Counted from the first letter of the stretch, positions 38,530 to 48,862 are shown. The stretch is 64,000 nucleotides of DNA from an uncultured Actinomycetota bacterium (GCA_963753435.1 CAVWCF010000001.1:416001-480000), one strand, 5' to 3'. Numbers and translations are program-made. The notes: generated from the letters alone by a model not told the origin.

Positions 38530-39153
38530 GTGGCGTTCCCCGCTTCGGTGGCCTCGGCGACTTACGCTGCCGTTGTGCCGATCCCCGAGGACCGCTTGGA
38601 CGCCCCCGAGGCGTTCCGGATGGGCCTGGAGTCCTTGCGTCACGCCCAGATGCGCGCCGAGGTCTCGTTGGAGGAGGCGCCTGCGCCGCAGCGGCTCGCT
38701 CCGTTCAGCGCCGCCCTCACCGCCGATGTCCTGCAGGGCGAGGACGAGCTGGCGACTGGTCGTTTCGTCCTGCTGCACGATCCGGCCGGTCACGACGCCT
38801 GGCAGGGCGAGTTCCGCATCGTCACCTTCGTGCGCGCACCACTGGAACGAGACATGGCCGATGATGCCGCGCTCACCGCGGTCGGCTGGTCCTGGCTGAT
38901 GGAGGCGCTGGACGCGCATGCGGCACCGTTCACCGCCCCCAGCGGAACCGTCACGCGCGTGGTGTCGGAGCATTTCGGCGACCTGGCGGATCGCGCCGGA
39001 ACCTCCGAAGTGGAACTGCGGGCGTCTTGGACCGCGACGGACCCCTACCTGGGTCCACATCTGGAGGCGTGGGGTGACCTGCTCTGCCAGGCCGCCGGGC
39101 TACCGCCACTGCCGGTGGGGGTAAGCGCCATCCCGCGTCCACGCCACCGCTGA
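38530..39153 (+). CDS. DUF3000 family protein
   Basis: [31 protein letters not shown]; start could be 38575. Confidence 0.88.
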   Translation: MAFPASVASATYAAVVPIPEDRLDAPEAFRMGLESLRHAQMRAEVSLEEAPAPQRLAPFSAALTADVLQGEDELATGRFVLLHDPAGHDAWQGEFRIVTFVRAPLERDMADDAALTAVGWSWLMEALDAHAAPFTAPSGTVTRVVSEHFGDLADRAGTSEVELRASWTATDPYLGPHLEAWGDLLCQAAGLPPLPVGVSAIPRPRHR

Positions 39154-39221
39154 ATCCCCCGCCGGCGGTCGCCGGACCGGGTTCATTGCGGCTTCCCCCA
39201 CAGGTGTTCGTCCCGATCACT

Positions 39222-39248
39222 TCAGCCGTTGCCAACCGCGGCCGATGA
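39222..39248 (+). promoter_or_regulatory. Sigma-28/WhiG-type promoter
   Basis: TCAG-N15-GCCGATGA upstream of the whiI orthologue. Confidence 0.65.
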
Positions 39249-39296
39249 GGACACCGAAGGTCCGGAAGAACCCGGACCCCACAGGTGGGAGACCGG

Positions 39297-39893
39297 GTGA
39301 GCGCACTCCTCGATCACCGCTCTGCCCCCGTGACCGGCGTCGGGCTGCGATTTGGCGCGCTCGTTGCGATCACGGACGGGCCGCAGCGGCGTGAGGTTGT
39401 CGATCGATTGGCAACCCTCGGCGGACATCCCGTAGTCGAAGCGGCCTCGGTCGCCGAGGCCCGGGTCCGGGCCCGCGCGTTCGCGCAGCGAGACCTGGTG
39501 GTCGCTGACGTCAAATTGCCGGACGGCTCCGGCGCCGGACTTGTCGCGGAATTGCTCCGCGGCGGCTGGCACCGGGCGATCGCGCTGTCCTCGGAACTGG
39601 ATCCGTTCTCGGTACGCGCCGTCCTCGCCGCTGGCGCCCGCGGTCTAGTGATCCGTCCCGGCCGGGATGATCGGCCGCGCGCAGCCACCGGGAACGTGGC
39701 GGACCTGTCGCACCGCGAACTAGAGGTGCTGCAACTGGTGGCCGGTGGGCACACAAACAAGGACATCGGCGAGCTCTTGGGCCTGTCTGCGCTGACCGTC
39801 AAGAGCCACCTGGCGCGCATCGGTCGCAAGATGGGCACCGGCGACCGCGCTGAACTTGTGATGATTGCGCTGCGCGCCGGCGCCATCGAGTAG
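39297..39893 (+). CDS. whiI: Atypical LuxR-type response regulator, WhiI orthologue
   Basis: EAASVAEAR, ADVKLPDGSG, LSALTVKSHLARI..K.GTGDRA; degenerate receiver pocket; DUF3000-whiI-rnd-thiolase synteny as in Streptomyces. Confidence 0.8.
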   Translation: MSALLDHRSAPVTGVGLRFGALVAITDGPQRREVVDRLATLGGHPVVEAASVAEARVRARAFAQRDLVVADVKLPDGSGAGLVAELLRGGWHRAIALSSELDPFSVRAVLAAGARGLVIRPGRDDRPRAATGNVADLSHRELEVLQLVAGGHTNKDIGELLGLSALTVKSHLARIGRKMGTGDRAELVMIALRAGAIE

Positions 39894-39940
39894 CCGCACT
39901 GCCGCCTGCTTGGGGGCCATCGCACCCTTAGGGTCAGGTT

Positions 39941-41251
39941 GTGGCAGATGACCGGGACGACACCGCGGCGTCCCTTGCCGCGAATTCCGTTGCCGCCGAC
40001 CCCGTTGCTGTATCCCCCGTTGCCGCGGAGCCTTTGCCGGAGCCCGAACCGGTACCGGTACTGAACGAACCGGTCGAAGGGGTACCCCCGGTCACCGAAT
40101 CCGCCGACGACCTAGCCCGGGTGGTCACTGCGTTGATGGCCGGAACCGGACCTGTCGCCGTCGACGCCGAACGAGCCAGTGGCTACCGCTACGGCCAACG
40201 GGCGTATCTGATCCAACTACGCCGCGCCGGCGCTGGCACATCCCTCATCGACCCCACCCGCATCCCGGATCTGACACCGCTACGCACCGCCCTGGCCCAG
40301 ATGCCGTGGATCCTGCACGCGGCCAGCCAGGACCTGCCGTGCCTGGATGACATCGGCCTGCAGCCGCCGGATTTGTTCGACACCGAGCTGGCCGGTCGGC
40401 TCCTGGGGCTGCCAAAGGTGGGTCTGGCAGCACTCACCGAGACGCTGCTTGGCGTGGCCTTGGCCAAGGAACACTCCGCGGTCGACTGGTCCACCCGGCC
40501 ACTGCCGCAACCCTGGCTCACCTACGCGGCCCTGGACGTCGAACTGCTCCTGCCGCTGGCCGATGAACTCCGCCGCATGCTGGCGGAGTCCGGAAAGACC
40601 GGTTGGGCCGAGGAGGAGTTCGCCCATCTGGTGGCCAACCCGCGCACGCCTCCGCGTCGGGACCCCTGGCGGCGGACGTCCGGCATTCACACCGTGCGGG
40701 GCCGGCGCGGGCTAGGCATCGTTCGCGAACTCTGGCTCGAGCGGGACCAACTGGCCGCGGAGTTGGACACAGCGCCAGGTCGGGTACTGCCGGACCTGGC
40801 GATCAGCGCGGCCGCCCGGGCAGGCGCGGCCAACTTGGAGGATCTGACCGAACTGGCGGAGTTCCGAAAGCGCGGCGCCAAGCGGCACATCCTCCGCTGG
40901 GCCAAAGCCGCTGCGCGAGCTCACGACCTGCCCGAAGCGGACCTCCCGCCGGTGACCCTCATCGACGGACCACCGCCCCCACGGGCTTGGAAGGACAAGG
41001 CGCCAGAAGCCGGCGCGCGCTTGGATGCCGCCCGCCGGATCGTCAACGACCTTGCTCAGGAACTGAACCTGCCCCAGGAGAACCTGCTCTCTCCTGAGGC
41101 GGTACGCCGCCTCTGCTGGGAACCGCCGCCGGTCCTCGACACCGAGTCGGTATCAGCGCGACTGCGCGAAGCCGGAGCCCGCCAGTGGCAGGTCAACCTG
41201 ACCGCCACCGCCCTTGTCGAGGCGCTCGCGGCGCAGGTTACTCGCCAGTAG
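39941..41251 (+). CDS. rnd: Ribonuclease D (3'-5' exonuclease plus HRDC)
   Basis: VDAERASG, HAASQDL, FDTELA, DWSTRPL, YAALDVE. Confidence 0.92.
   Translation: MADDRDDTAASLAANSVAADPVAVSPVAAEPLPEPEPVPVLNEPVEGVPPVTESADDLARVVTALMAGTGPVAVDAERASGYRYGQRAYLIQLRRAGAGTSLIDPTRIPDLTPLRTALAQMPWILHAASQDLPCLDDIGLQPPDLFDTELAGRLLGLPKVGLAALTETLLGVALAKEHSAVDWSTRPLPQPWLTYAALDVELLLPLADELRRMLAESGKTGWAEEEFAHLVANPRTPPRRDPWRRTSGIHTVRGRRGLGIVRELWLERDQLAAELDTAPGRVLPDLAISAAARAGAANLEDLTELAEFRKRGAKRHILRWAKAAARAHDLPEADLPPVTLIDGPPPPRAWKDKAPEAGARLDAARRIVNDLAQELNLPQENLLSPEAVRRLCWEPPPVLDTESVSARLREAGARQWQVNLTATALVEALAAQVTRQ
39971..40030 (+). repeat. Four degenerate 15-bp tandem repeats in the rnd 5' end
   Basis: tcccttgccgcgaat / tccgttgccgccgac / cccgttgctgtatcc / cccgttgccgcggag. 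Confidence 0.65.
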
Positions 41252-41288
41252 CATAGGGTCTTCCTCGTCTAGCGAACAGGAGAAGCCC

Positions 41289-42491
41289 GTGGCCCGCACC
41301 CTGCGCGACGTCGTCTTCGTGGATGGCGTGAGGACGCCGTTCGGTAAGGCCGGCGAGAAGAGTCTCTACGCGGAGACCAGAGCCGATGACCTGGTTGTCG
41401 CACTCATCCGAGAACTGCTTCGCCGCAACGCCACCCTCCCCCCGGAACGCGTTGACGAGGTGGCCATCGCAGCGACCACGCAGACAGGCGACCAAGGTCT
41501 CACCATCGGCCGCAGCGCGGCGCTGCTGGCAGGCCTGCCGCGCAGCGTCCCCGGTTTCGCCATTGATCGCATGTGTGCCGGGGCGATGACCGCGGTCACC
41601 ACCACGGCCAGCGGCATCGCCTTCGGCGCCTACGACGTGGCCATCGCCGGCGGGGTGGAGAACATGACCCGACACCCGATGGGTGAAGGGGTGGACCCAA
41701 ACCCCAGGTACGTAGCTGAGAAGTTGGTGGACCCGGCGGCGCTGAACATGGGCATGACCGCTGAGAACCTGCACGACCGCTTCCCCGGAATTACCAAGGA
41801 GCGAGCCGACGCGTTCGGCGTACGCAGCCAGGAACGCTTGGCCAAGGCGTATGCAAACGAGCAGATCCAACCGGACCTGGTGCCGATCGCCACGCGCAGC
41901 ACCAGCAGCGGTTGGGGGCTGGCCACCGCGGACCAGCCGCCGCGCCCGGAGACCACGTTGGCGGGGGTTGCCGACCTCAAGACCCCATTTCGACCGCATG
42001 GCCGCGTGACTGCGGCCAACGCCTCCCCGCTGACCGACGGTGCCACGGCGGCGTTGGTCGCTGCGGAGGAAGTCGCAGCCGAGCTGGGACTCTCCGCCAA
42101 GATGCGACTGGTCGACTACTCGTTCGCGGGCGTCGATCCCGAGACCATGGGGGTTGGGCCGATTCCCGCCACCGAGCGGGTCCTGGCCCGCACCGGCTTG
42201 AACATGGACGACATCGGCCTCATCGAGATCAACGAGGCGTTCGCCGTGCAGGTCATCGCGTTCCTGGAGCACTTCGGCATCGACGACGAGGACTCGCGCG
42301 TCAACCCCTACGGCGGGGCAATTGCAGTCGGTCACCCGTTGGCTTCGTCCGGTGTTCGCCTCATGACCCAGCTCGCGCGCCAGTTCGAGGAACACCCGGA
42401 GGTCCGGTACGGGATGACCACGATGTGTGTCGGTCTCGGCCAGGGCGGAACGGTCGTGTGGGAGAACCCCCGGTTCGGAAAGGACGCCTGA
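41289..42491 (+). CDS. Acetyl-CoA acyltransferase (thiolase)
   Basis: DRMCAGA, NEAFA, GHPLASSG, MCVGLGQG. Confidence 0.93.
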   Translation: MARTLRDVVFVDGVRTPFGKAGEKSLYAETRADDLVVALIRELLRRNATLPPERVDEVAIAATTQTGDQGLTIGRSAALLAGLPRSVPGFAIDRMCAGAMTAVTTTASGIAFGAYDVAIAGGVENMTRHPMGEGVDPNPRYVAEKLVDPAALNMGMTAENLHDRFPGITKERADAFGVRSQERLAKAYANEQIQPDLVPIATRSTSSGWGLATADQPPRPETTLAGVADLKTPFRPHGRVTAANASPLTDGATAALVAAEEVAAELGLSAKMRLVDYSFAGVDPETMGVGPIPATERVLARTGLNMDDIGLIEINEAFAVQVIAFLEHFGIDDEDSRVNPYGGAIAVGHPLASSGVRLMTQLARQFEEHPEVRYGMTTMCVGLGQGGTVVWENPRFGKDA

Positions 42492-44587
42492 TGGCCGACA
42501 CCACCCACGGCGGCACCAAGGAAGAAGTCGTCACCCAGTCCTTGCTCCGCTACGTGGACCTGCCCGACAAGGCAGGCACGGCCGCGCTGATCACCCTGGA
42601 CAACGGCCGCGATCACACCCGGCCGAGCACGTTCGGGCCGGGCGGTTTGGCATCGCTCAACGCAGCACTGGACGAGATCGACGCCCGCGATGACCTGGCC
42701 GCCGTTGCGGTGACGGGCAAGCCGTTCATCTTCGCAGTGGGTGCGGACCTGAACACGCTGGTGACCGATCCGACCTACGACGCCGTCTTGGCCGTCGGCC
42801 GGCTCGGGCACGACACCTTCCGACGGCTCGGCGAGATGTCCGTCCCCACGTTCGCGTTCATCAACGGCGCGGCGATGGGCGGTGGCCTGGAACTGCCGCT
42901 GCACTGCTCATATCGCACGATCTCCACTGGCGCGGCGGCCGTGTCGCTGCCGGAGTGCTTTCTGGGTCTCGTGCCCGGATGGGGTGGCGCCTGGCTGCTG
43001 CCGCACCTGATCGGTCCGGATGCCGCCGTCAAGGTGATCATCGACAACCCGCTGGCCACGAACCGTCAGCTCAAGCCCAAGCAGGTACTCGAGTTGGGCA
43101 TGGCCGATGCGATGTTCGAGCCGGCGGACTTCTTGGAGCAATCGCTGCGCTGGGCTGCGGGGGTTGTCAACGGAACCGTCGCCCCCAGCCGTCCCGAGGT
43201 GGACCGATCGCAAGCGGCCTGGGACGCGGCCGTTGCCCGCGGGCGGGCCACCGTTGAAGCCAAGTACCACGGCGCCGCCCCCGGACCCGTGCGCGCGCTG
43301 GACCTCATCGAAGCCGCCCGCACGGCCACCAAGGACGAGGGCTTCGCGGCAGAGGACCGGGCCCTGGCCGACTTGGTCATCGGCAACGAGTTGCGGGCTG
43401 GCCTGTACGCATTCGACCTGGTGCAGAAGCGGGCCAAGCGGCCCGTGGGAGCCCCGGACAAAGCGCTGGCCCGGCCGGTCACGAAGGTCGGGGTCGTCGG
43501 TGCCGGGTTGATGGCGAGCCAACTGGCCCTGCTGTTCGCGCGTCGGCTGCTCGTGCCGGTCGTGTTGACCGATGTGGACGCCGATCGGCTCGCTCGCGGA
43601 GTCGCTGAGGTCCACGCCCAGATTGACGGCCTGGCCGCCAAGGGGCGCGTCAACGGCGACCTGGCGAATCGACTCAAGGCCCTGGTAACCGGGTCGTTGG
43701 ACAAGGCCGCGTTCGCCGACGCCGACTTCGTCATCGAGGCGGTCTTTGAGGAGATGAAGGTCAAGCAGCAGGTCTTCGCCGAATTGGAGGCCATCGTCTC
43801 CCCGACCTGCGTGCTGGCAACGAACACGTCTTCGCTGTCGGTGTCGCAGATGGCGGAGAACCTGGAGCACCCCGAACGCGTCGTCGGGTTCCACTTCTTC
43901 AACCCGGTGGCGATCCTGCCGCTGCTGGAGGTGGTCCGCGGCCAGGCCACGGACGACGCTTCCCTGGCTACTGCCTTCGCGGTCGGCAAGCAGCTGAAGA
44001 AGTCCACCGTCCTCGTCAAGGACGCACCGGCATTCGTGGTCAACCGCTTGCTCACCCGGTTCCTCGGCGTTGTGATGGCCGCAGCCGACCGCGGCACGCC
44101 CATTGAAACCGCCGACCATGCCCTGGACCCGTTGGGCTTGCCAATGAGCCCGTTCAACCTGCTCGCCTTGGTCGGCCCGGCCGTGGCCTTGCACGTGGGG
44201 CGGACGATGCACGAGGAGTTCCCCGACCGGTTCGGTGTCAGTGACGGGCTCGCCGCGATGGTGTCCGCCGGCAAGACGGCGGTCTACGACTGGTCCTCCG
44301 GGTCCCCGGTCGTCGACCCGGAGGTGGCGTCCATGTTCAGCGGGGACTCCCCCATGTCTGCTGACGATGTCCGCGCCGAGGCCGAGCGAGCCCTCGCCGA
44401 GGAGATCCGCCTCATGCTCGATGAGGGCGTCGTGGCGGAAGCGCAAGACATCGACTTGTGCATGCTGCTGGGTGCGGGCTGGCCGTTCCATCTGGGCGGC
44501 ATCACGCCCTACCTGGACCGCAGTGGCGTGTCCGAGGCGGTCAACGGCAAGCGCTTCCTGCCACCGGGCGTCGCCACCGCGAACTGA
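42491..44587 (+). CDS. Multifunctional enoyl-CoA hydratase/3-hydroxyacyl-CoA dehydrogenase
   Basis: GGGLEL, PECFLGL.PGWGG, GAGLMA, TNTSSL, HFFNP. Confidence 0.93.
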   Translation: MADTTHGGTKEEVVTQSLLRYVDLPDKAGTAALITLDNGRDHTRPSTFGPGGLASLNAALDEIDARDDLAAVAVTGKPFIFAVGADLNTLVTDPTYDAVLAVGRLGHDTFRRLGEMSVPTFAFINGAAMGGGLELPLHCSYRTISTGAAAVSLPECFLGLVPGWGGAWLLPHLIGPDAAVKVIIDNPLATNRQLKPKQVLELGMADAMFEPADFLEQSLRWAAGVVNGTVAPSRPEVDRSQAAWDAAVARGRATVEAKYHGAAPGPVRALDLIEAARTATKDEGFAAEDRALADLVIGNELRAGLYAFDLVQKRAKRPVGAPDKALARPVTKVGVVGAGLMASQLALLFARRLLVPVVLTDVDADRLARGVAEVHAQIDGLAAKGRVNGDLANRLKALVTGSLDKAAFADADFVIEAVFEEMKVKQQVFAELEAIVSPTCVLATNTSSLSVSQMAENLEHPERVVGFHFFNPVAILPLLEVVRGQATDDASLATAFAVGKQLKKSTVLVKDAPAFVVNRLLTRFLGVVMAAADRGTPIETADHALDPLGLPMSPFNLLALVGPAVALHVGRTMHEEFPDRFGVSDGLAAMVSAGKTAVYDWSSGSPVVDPEVASMFSGDSPMSADDVRAEAERALAEEIRLMLDEGVVAEAQDIDLCMLLGAGWPFHLGGITPYLDRSGVSEAVNGKRFLPPGVATAN

Positions 44588-44590
44588 CGG

Positions 44591-45877
44591 TCAGGTACGC
44601 AACCAACTGCGGAAGTCGGTGAGCAGTTCCGGCTCGCTGACGCCGAGCACTTCGGCGAACGCCTGTTTCTGCTGTGCCCCGGTATCGGACTTGTCGCTGA
44701 TTCGTGCCAGGCGGACAAAGAGTTCGTTGAGCGCGCCCTCGCCGAAACGCTCGGCCACGTAGCGGTTGGCCTGCCAGGAGATCGTGTAGTTGAGTGTTTG
44801 CGGTCCGAGGAAGAAGCGACCGTCGCCAGGTAACCGGGAGGGGAATCCGGGGTCCCCCAGCGCCCGCTCGAAGTCGGCATCGACTCGTCGCGCTTCGGGG
44901 CGGTCGCGGTAGGCGACCCATTCCGCGTAGCCCTCCACCACCCACCGCGGCGCTTCCTCGGTGACCAGAGCGTGCGTGGCCGCGTGCGTGGCCTCGTGCA
45001 CGAAGACCCGATCGAAGGTCGGGTCTGTCACCGGCAGTGTCGTCTGGTTCCAGACGATTCGGGACCCGGTCGGTGACCCACCCGCCCCTTCATCGAGCCA
45101 TTCCTCAACGTCAGCGAAGGTGGGCACTGCCGCGGCCTTGACCCACTCCAGCCGCTGGCCGGCCGTGGGGTCCAGATAGGTAGTCAGGGACTGCGAGTCG
45201 GACGTTGCGTAGATGACGAGCCCCGGGGCGGCCGCGGCCGGAACCACGGCGCGTACCTCTGCAAGCGCCGACTCGGCGGTGGACACCAGCCGGTCCGAGC
45301 GCTGGTCGCCGACGTCGGTGAGCACCAGGACGGACCCGCGGCGATGCACCTCGACCGGCACCCGCAGCCACGGCTCGGCCTCAGCACCGGCGGGGATTCG
45401 GTCTACCGCGTCAGCCTCAGACGCCAGGCGCCACGTTCCCCCGCGAAGTACGAACGTTGGCGCCATCGGTCGGGCCACGTTGCCGGCGTCGATGCCATCC
45501 AGCCGGTACCGGAACACAACCGCGGGGGTGAAGGTCGGCGCTCCGTAGCGGGCCTCGGCTTCGGGCAGATCCAACGCAACCGGTCGCAACTCGTAGCCGA
45601 TGGCGGCCGGGCGCAACTGCTGCAGGTTGTCCCAGACGGCCTCCTGCTGGGCGCGAAACTCCTGCGCGCGTGGATCCAGATCGGCCAACCACAGTTCGCG
45701 GTCGCCCCGGACGACCGCATCGGTGCGGCGTTGCAGGATCTCCTGCGCGGCAGCGAACTTGGCCTCGTCGGAGACCAGGCGTGGGTCCGGTGGAGCGCCC
45801 TGAACGCTCACGCCCGTCACCAAACCGGCAAGCAGCAGTCCGCCCAGGACTGTCCCTGCCACCAGCGTTCGACGCAT
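44591..45877 (-). CDS. Exported protein with gluzincin-type zinc peptidase motif
   Basis: Signal/TM N-terminus; HEATH...WVVEGYAEW. Confidence 0.75.
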   Translation of the reverse strand: MRRTLVAGTVLGGLLLAGLVTGVSVQGAPPDPRLVSDEAKFAAAQEILQRRTDAVVRGDRELWLADLDPRAQEFRAQQEAVWDNLQQLRPAAIGYELRPVALDLPEAEARYGAPTFTPAVVFRYRLDGIDAGNVARPMAPTFVLRGGTWRLASEADAVDRIPAGAEAEPWLRVPVEVHRRGSVLVLTDVGDQRSDRLVSTAESALAEVRAVVPAAAAPGLVIYATSDSQSLTTYLDPTAGQRLEWVKAAAVPTFADVEEWLDEGAGGSPTGSRIVWNQTTLPVTDPTFDRVFVHEATHAATHALVTEEAPRWVVEGYAEWVAYRDRPEARRVDADFERALGDPGFPSRLPGDGRFFLGPQTLNYTISWQANRYVAERFGEGALNELFVRLARISDKSDTGAQQKQAFAEVLGVSEPELLTDFRSWLRT

Positions 45878-45913
45878 CCGTACCCCCGAAGGGTGAAGTG
45901 TGCCTGACCAGGG

Positions 45914-45928
45914 GTGACGCACAGTCAC
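45914..45928. promoter_or_regulatory. Palindrome GTGAC-N5-GTCAC, BldD-box-like
   Basis: GTGACGCACAGTCAC in a divergent intergenic region. Confidence 0.45.
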
Positions 45929-46005
45929 GGCACAGCAACTCTTGGCTACTGATAGTCACTCCTCCGGTGGACGAATCCGCCAGCCTGCGGACTTAACGTG
46001 CCCTT

Positions 46006-46839
46006 ATGGCAGTCCCGCACGAAACAACCCTGCGGCAGGCAGTGCTGGCTGCGATCGTGCTGCACGACCTGGACGCAGTTCCCGAGGACGGCGGGGTTCT
46101 GCTTTGCGGGTCCCGGTTGGTGCCGTGGACTCATGTCGCCCACGCGAGCCTGGGCTGCCCCGCGGGGTCTGCCGCCGAACGGGCCAAGATCGGCCGGTTT
46201 CTGGTCCAGGCAACGGCGATGGCCGGCTGGTCCGACCACGAGATCACAGTGCGGCTACGCCCGCTCGGGCTACCGAGCAACCATCTGCTGCACCCCGGTG
46301 CAGCCTGGGTACGTGAGTCCGTGCTCGGCGGCAGTCTGGACCTGGGCTTCGGCGTGCTGGGGGCGTTCGCAGACCCCGATGAGGTCTCCGTGCTGCTGCC
46401 CGGGGTACTGGCCGCATTCGGGCTGCAGATCGAGCCGTGGTGGGGTCGCGCCCGGACCTATCTGGAGGAGATGGGGGCGATCGCTGCCACCCGCCTACGC
46501 CGCGACCCCGATGGCCCGTTGCGCCCGATGGGCGACTGCGATGTTGTGACGCTGCTGGCCTCAGCCGTGCTGCGCGCCGCGATGGTCGGCTCGCAAGGGA
46601 TTCGGACGGCCGCGGTGCCGATGCGGCGGCGCGGCTGGCTGGACCTGAGCCGTACCGATCCTGCCTTCGCGTTGGCTGCCTACGCCGCGGCGGACGACCT
46701 CGACCGGGGCTTCCCCAGGCCCCTGTTGCTCAGCATCGACGAGGTGGTCCTGGCCAAGGCGGGTGGGGACGTCCTCAAGCAGGTGCTCCGTGAACCTGTT
46801 GCTCCCGACCCCCAGCCATTGACGGTTCCGTACCGCTGA
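46006..46839 (+). CDS. Hypothetical protein
   Basis: 277-codon ORF with host-like codon use; TAACGT -10 six nt before the ATG. Confidence 0.75.
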   Translation: MAVPHETTLRQAVLAAIVLHDLDAVPEDGGVLLCGSRLVPWTHVAHASLGCPAGSAAERAKIGRFLVQATAMAGWSDHEITVRLRPLGLPSNHLLHPGAAWVRESVLGGSLDLGFGVLGAFADPDEVSVLLPGVLAAFGLQIEPWWGRARTYLEEMGAIAATRLRRDPDGPLRPMGDCDVVTLLASAVLRAAMVGSQGIRTAAVPMRRRGWLDLSRTDPAFALAAYAAADDLDRGFPRPLLLSIDEVVLAKAGGDVLKQVLREPVAPDPQPLTVPYR

Positions 46840-46853
46840 CTTCGCAAGTCTCC

Positions 46854-48773
46854 CTAAGGCCGGGAGTCGCGGACGGGCGCTGCGGACTCGGCGGCGGCAG
46901 GTTCATCGTCCAGCTTGGCCATCCGCTCGATGACGGATCTGCTGATCTGCTGCGGGGTCAACCCCATCCGCTCCAGCAACTCTCCTCGCGAGGCGTGCTC
47001 CAGGAAGCGCTGTTCGATGCCGAACGTGGCTACCGGCACCTGCAGGTCGGCGTCCGCCAACTCCGACCTGATTCGGCTGCCGACGCCACCCACGATGCCG
47101 TTGTCCTCGATGACCACCACCAGCCGATGCCGGGCCGCCTCGGCCAGCAGGACGTCATCGACCGGGATGACCCACCGGGGGTCGACCACGGTCACGCCCA
47201 GCCCCTGGTCGTGCAGGCGGTGACCGACCGCGACGCCAACCCCGGCCATGGAGCCGATCGCCACGACCAGGACATCCGGCCTTCCGTCGCGCAACAGCAC
47301 GTCACCGGAGCCGAGCCGATCGATGGCTGGGATCGCGGGCGGAACATCGCCCTTGGGGAAGCGCAGGACCGTGGGCGCGTCATCGACGGCGACCGCCTCC
47401 CGCAACTCCACGCGCATGGTGTCGGCGTCGCGGGGCGCCGCGATTCGAATCCCCGGGACCACCTGCAGCACCGACAGGTCCCACATGCCGTTGTGACTGG
47501 CCCCGTCACTGCCGGTTACCCCAGCGCGGTCCAGGACGAAGGTGACCCCGGCCTGGTGCATCGCAACGTCCATCAGCACCTGGTCGAAGGCCCGGTTCAG
47601 GAACGTCGCGTAGACGGCCACCACCGGGTGCAGGCCGCCATAGGCGAGACCGGCGGCGCTGGTGACCGCATGCTGCTCGGCGATGCCCACGTCGAACACG
47701 CGCTCGGGGAACCGCTGCGCGAACTGCTCCAGCCCCACGGGGTGCAACATCGCGGCGGTGATACCGACGATCCGCGGATCGTCGGCTGCCAGGCGGACGA
47801 TCTCGTCGGAGAAGGCCGCAGTCCACGCCAATCCGGTCGTTGGTGCGGCCCTGCCGGTCGCGGCGTCCACCGGACCGATCCCGTGGAAGTGGTCGGACTC
47901 ATCCAACTCCGCCGGCCGATACCCACGACCTTTCTGCGTCAGCACATGCACCAGAACCGGCCCGTTGAACTCCCGGGCCTGTTGCAGCGCCCGCTCGACT
48001 GTTTCGACGTCGTGCCCATCGATCGGACCGAGGTACTTCAACCCCAAGTCTTCGAACATGCCCTGTGGGGCCACGATGTCCTTGAGGCCCTTCTTCATGC
48101 CGTGCAGCGTCTCGTACAGCGGCGCGCCCACGACCGGAGTTCGGTTGAGCACGTCCTTGCCCCACTCCAGGAAGCGTTCGTAGCCCCCTGTGGTCCGCAG
48201 GGTGCTCAAATGGCTGGCCAAGCCACCCACGGTCGGTGTGTAGGAGCGGCCGTTGTCGTTGACCACGATTACCACCGGCCGGTCCTTGGCCGCTGCGATG
48301 TTGTTGAGCGCCTCCCAAGCCATTCCGCCGGTCAGCGCTCCGTCACCGATGACCGCCACGACGGCACGGTCGGTTTGGCCCGTCAACTGGCGCGCCTTTG
48401 CCAACCCGTCGGCGTACGACAGCGCCGTGGATGCGTGGGAGTTCTCCACCACGTCGTGCTCGGACTCGGCGCGGGACGGGTAGCCAGACAGGCCCCCGGA
48501 CTGGCGCAGTCGCTCGAAACCGGCCTGGCGGCCGGTCAGGATCTTGTGCACGTACGCCTGATGGCCCGTGTCCCAGATGAGGGTGTCTCGGGGGGAGTCG
48601 AACACACGGTGCAACGCCAGGGTCAGTTCAACGGCACCGAGGTTCGGGCCGAGGTGGCCTCCGGTGCGGGTCACCTGCGCGATCAGGAATGAACGGATCT
48701 CCTCCGCCAGGAGGCGACACTCCGCTGCCGACAGCGCCCGGACGTCGGCAGGCGAAGAGATTCGCTCGAGCAA
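46854..48773 (-). CDS. dxs: 1-deoxy-D-xylulose-5-phosphate synthase
   Basis: [31 protein letters not shown]; TTG start with GGAGG. Confidence 0.96.
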   Translation of the reverse strand: MLERISSPADVRALSAAECRLLAEEIRSFLIAQVTRTGGHLGPNLGAVELTLALHRVFDSPRDTLIWDTGHQAYVHKILTGRQAGFERLRQSGGLSGYPSRAESEHDVVENSHASTALSYADGLAKARQLTGQTDRAVVAVIGDGALTGGMAWEALNNIAAAKDRPVVIVVNDNGRSYTPTVGGLASHLSTLRTTGGYERFLEWGKDVLNRTPVVGAPLYETLHGMKKGLKDIVAPQGMFEDLGLKYLGPIDGHDVETVERALQQAREFNGPVLVHVLTQKGRGYRPAELDESDHFHGIGPVDAATGRAAPTTGLAWTAAFSDEIVRLAADDPRIVGITAAMLHPVGLEQFAQRFPERVFDVGIAEQHAVTSAAGLAYGGLHPVVAVYATFLNRAFDQVLMDVAMHQAGVTFVLDRAGVTGSDGASHNGMWDLSVLQVVPGIRIAAPRDADTMRVELREAVAVDDAPTVLRFPKGDVPPAIPAIDRLGSGDVLLRDGRPDVLVVAIGSMAGVGVAVGHRLHDQGLGVTVVDPRWVIPVDDVLLAEAARHRLVVVIEDNGIVGGVGSRIRSELADADLQVPVATFGIEQRFLEHASRGELLERMGLTPQQISRSVIERMAKLDDEPAAAESAAPVRDSRP

Positions 48774-48862
48774 CAGTCCACCTCCGGCAACAGGTGGGAA
48801 CACTCTACGGACCGCAGGGGCGAATCGCCTCGCCCAACGGGCGATACCGCCTCAGCCGACCA

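Noticed and set aside
41912-42490. N-terminal extensions of ORF-track calls (also 2657-3313, 21150-21626, 23507-23848, 55168-55917, 59230-60066)
   Set aside because: They overlap neighbouring real genes; true starts are downstream, supported by RBS or stop/start overlaps. Not fusions.
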